A DNA stretch of 63,932 nucleotides, counting the filler, from Neolecta irregularis DAH-3 (taxonomy: Eukaryota), in assembly GCA_001929475.1 (NCBI GenBank). It is 11 parts of 11 records of this genome, joined end to end, with 100 filler letters (N's around TTAATTAATTAA, not from the genome) between each part and the next. Parts side by side here need not be neighbours in the genome. Positions count along the whole stretch, not along the records: positions 62,817 to 63,932 come from LXFE01003573.1; 10 more parts are not named here. One strand, 5' to 3'. The position numbers and the translations under genes are program-made. Positions 62,817 through 63,932 of the stretch are shown one piece after another. The first letter of the stretch is position 1, and each line of letters opens with the position of its first letter. The notes below the pieces were generated by a model. That model saw only the letters and a program-made list of their open reading frames with translations. It was not told where the DNA came from and made no database searches.

Positions 62817-63932
62817 CTCGGTGCCATGGGATACGGAATCAAAGGACTGAAAGGTGTTGGCACAGTTGCAGTTGAAGATGCCCTGAAAATCATCCTGCCT
62901 GGATCTATTACTACAACAAGGGAATCACAAGGTGATAACGATGAAGATCGCTATGAGGAAGGTCGTTTCTTGCTCAATACAATTAAAAATGGCATTCGTG
63001 ACCTTGTCCAGCCTGGGCTATCAGTGGCATCGCCAATGCCATCACAAAAATTTAATTCAATAGATTTTTCTCACAACATGAGAATTAAATCTGGAGAAGA
63101 GTGGTCCAGGGATATTTTAGAAAAATATGGGGGATCACAAGTATTCGATCGACCAGACTCTGATCTCCTCAACGAACTCTACCTACCTCTTTTACTCGAA
63201 TGCAAGAACATTGTGATGCATGCTGGACCCCCAAATTTAACTTTTGAGAACTGGCGTGCTGAGAGATTGATTACTGGAGAGTCAGAGCCCAAACGTCGCG
63301 GAATAACTCCGGAAGCTCAAGAAACTCCGCTTGATCAAATGATTAGCAAAGCTCAAGAAATGCCGCTTATTCCAATGATTAGAACAAGCCCAGATTCATG
63401 GATAGTACCTCCGAATAAGTACTCTTCTCCAAAATTCTTTGAGACTCAGGCGTTGACCTTTCTCCAAATACTCGGCGGGAATATTCGTGCAGATGTTAGC
63501 ACTCATTTTAATGCTGAGGATCAGTATTTATATTTTGAAGGAAAGGATCTGCACCTACTCATTGGTTTCCCTCTCACCGGAGCGTACATTATGATACAGG
63601 AAAATGATGTTGAACCATCCATATACGAAATCTATCCGCAGAATATTACGCCTGATTATATGAATTCTGCTAGCCACAAATATTCAGAAATCTATTCAAA
63701 TTTCGATGACACCTTTAAACCAAATCCTGATGCTCCTCCTGATGATCGTTTCAGACATGCAAATGTGGAAATGTTGACGGCAAAACTTGTTCTTGCTGTG
63801 GCAGACATACTTATCTCGCCTACTGAATATGATGGCTATAGGTTTTCTGACCCAATACGTACTACGCCATTCGTTCGCGATCTCGTTGCATTCGTGGTCT
63901 CTAGTGTATATGAGAAGAACATGAAATCCAGT
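62817..63932 (+). CDS. Partial 372-codon ORF (open at both ends, absent from the ORF track), homologous to the C-terminal domain of 55068-56409
   Basis: Stop-free frame LGAMGYGIKGLKGVG...PPNKYSSPKFFETQALTFLQILGG...PFVRDLVAFVVSSVYEKNMKSS. Confidence 0.8.

Overview
Eukaryotic (fungal) draft-assembly DNA, not prokaryotic. The window is 11 contigs joined by artificial 100-nt spacers (N44-TTAATTAATTAA-N44), and there are five internal 10-N gaps flanked by near-identical duplicated copies. Genes are compact and intron-dense, with mostly 30-50 nt introns. This structure and the gene set (Mus7/Mms22, ecdysoneless, a Cdc24-type OB protein) suggest an early-diverging ascomycete (Taphrinomycotina, Neolecta-like); that placement is inference only. 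Recognisable housekeeping genes: MMS22, dynactin p150, SEC17, mitochondrial GatC/F-like subunit, GON7, SEC27, USE1, an UNC-93-like MFS transporter, RVS167, a SIKE/Far3-like coiled-coil protein, PRM10, xylose reductase, ECD/SGT1, a But2-domain protein, two amino-acid permeases and an intron-containing tRNA-Glu(CTC). The most notable observations are: (1) an unrecognised protein family seen on two contigs, one member fused to a signal peptide and a PAN/apple-like Cys domain; (2) at least seven GC-AG introns plus one intron with no possible GT/GC donor; (3) a tandem pair of intronless microbial-type class I terpene synthases; (4) several orphan secreted or Q/N-repeat proteins; (5) small mobile-element relics (a 107-bp solo-LTR-like element with a 4-bp TSD and hAT-like ends) and deletion-damaged gene copies. 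Exon boundaries were traced by eye. No database searches were run.
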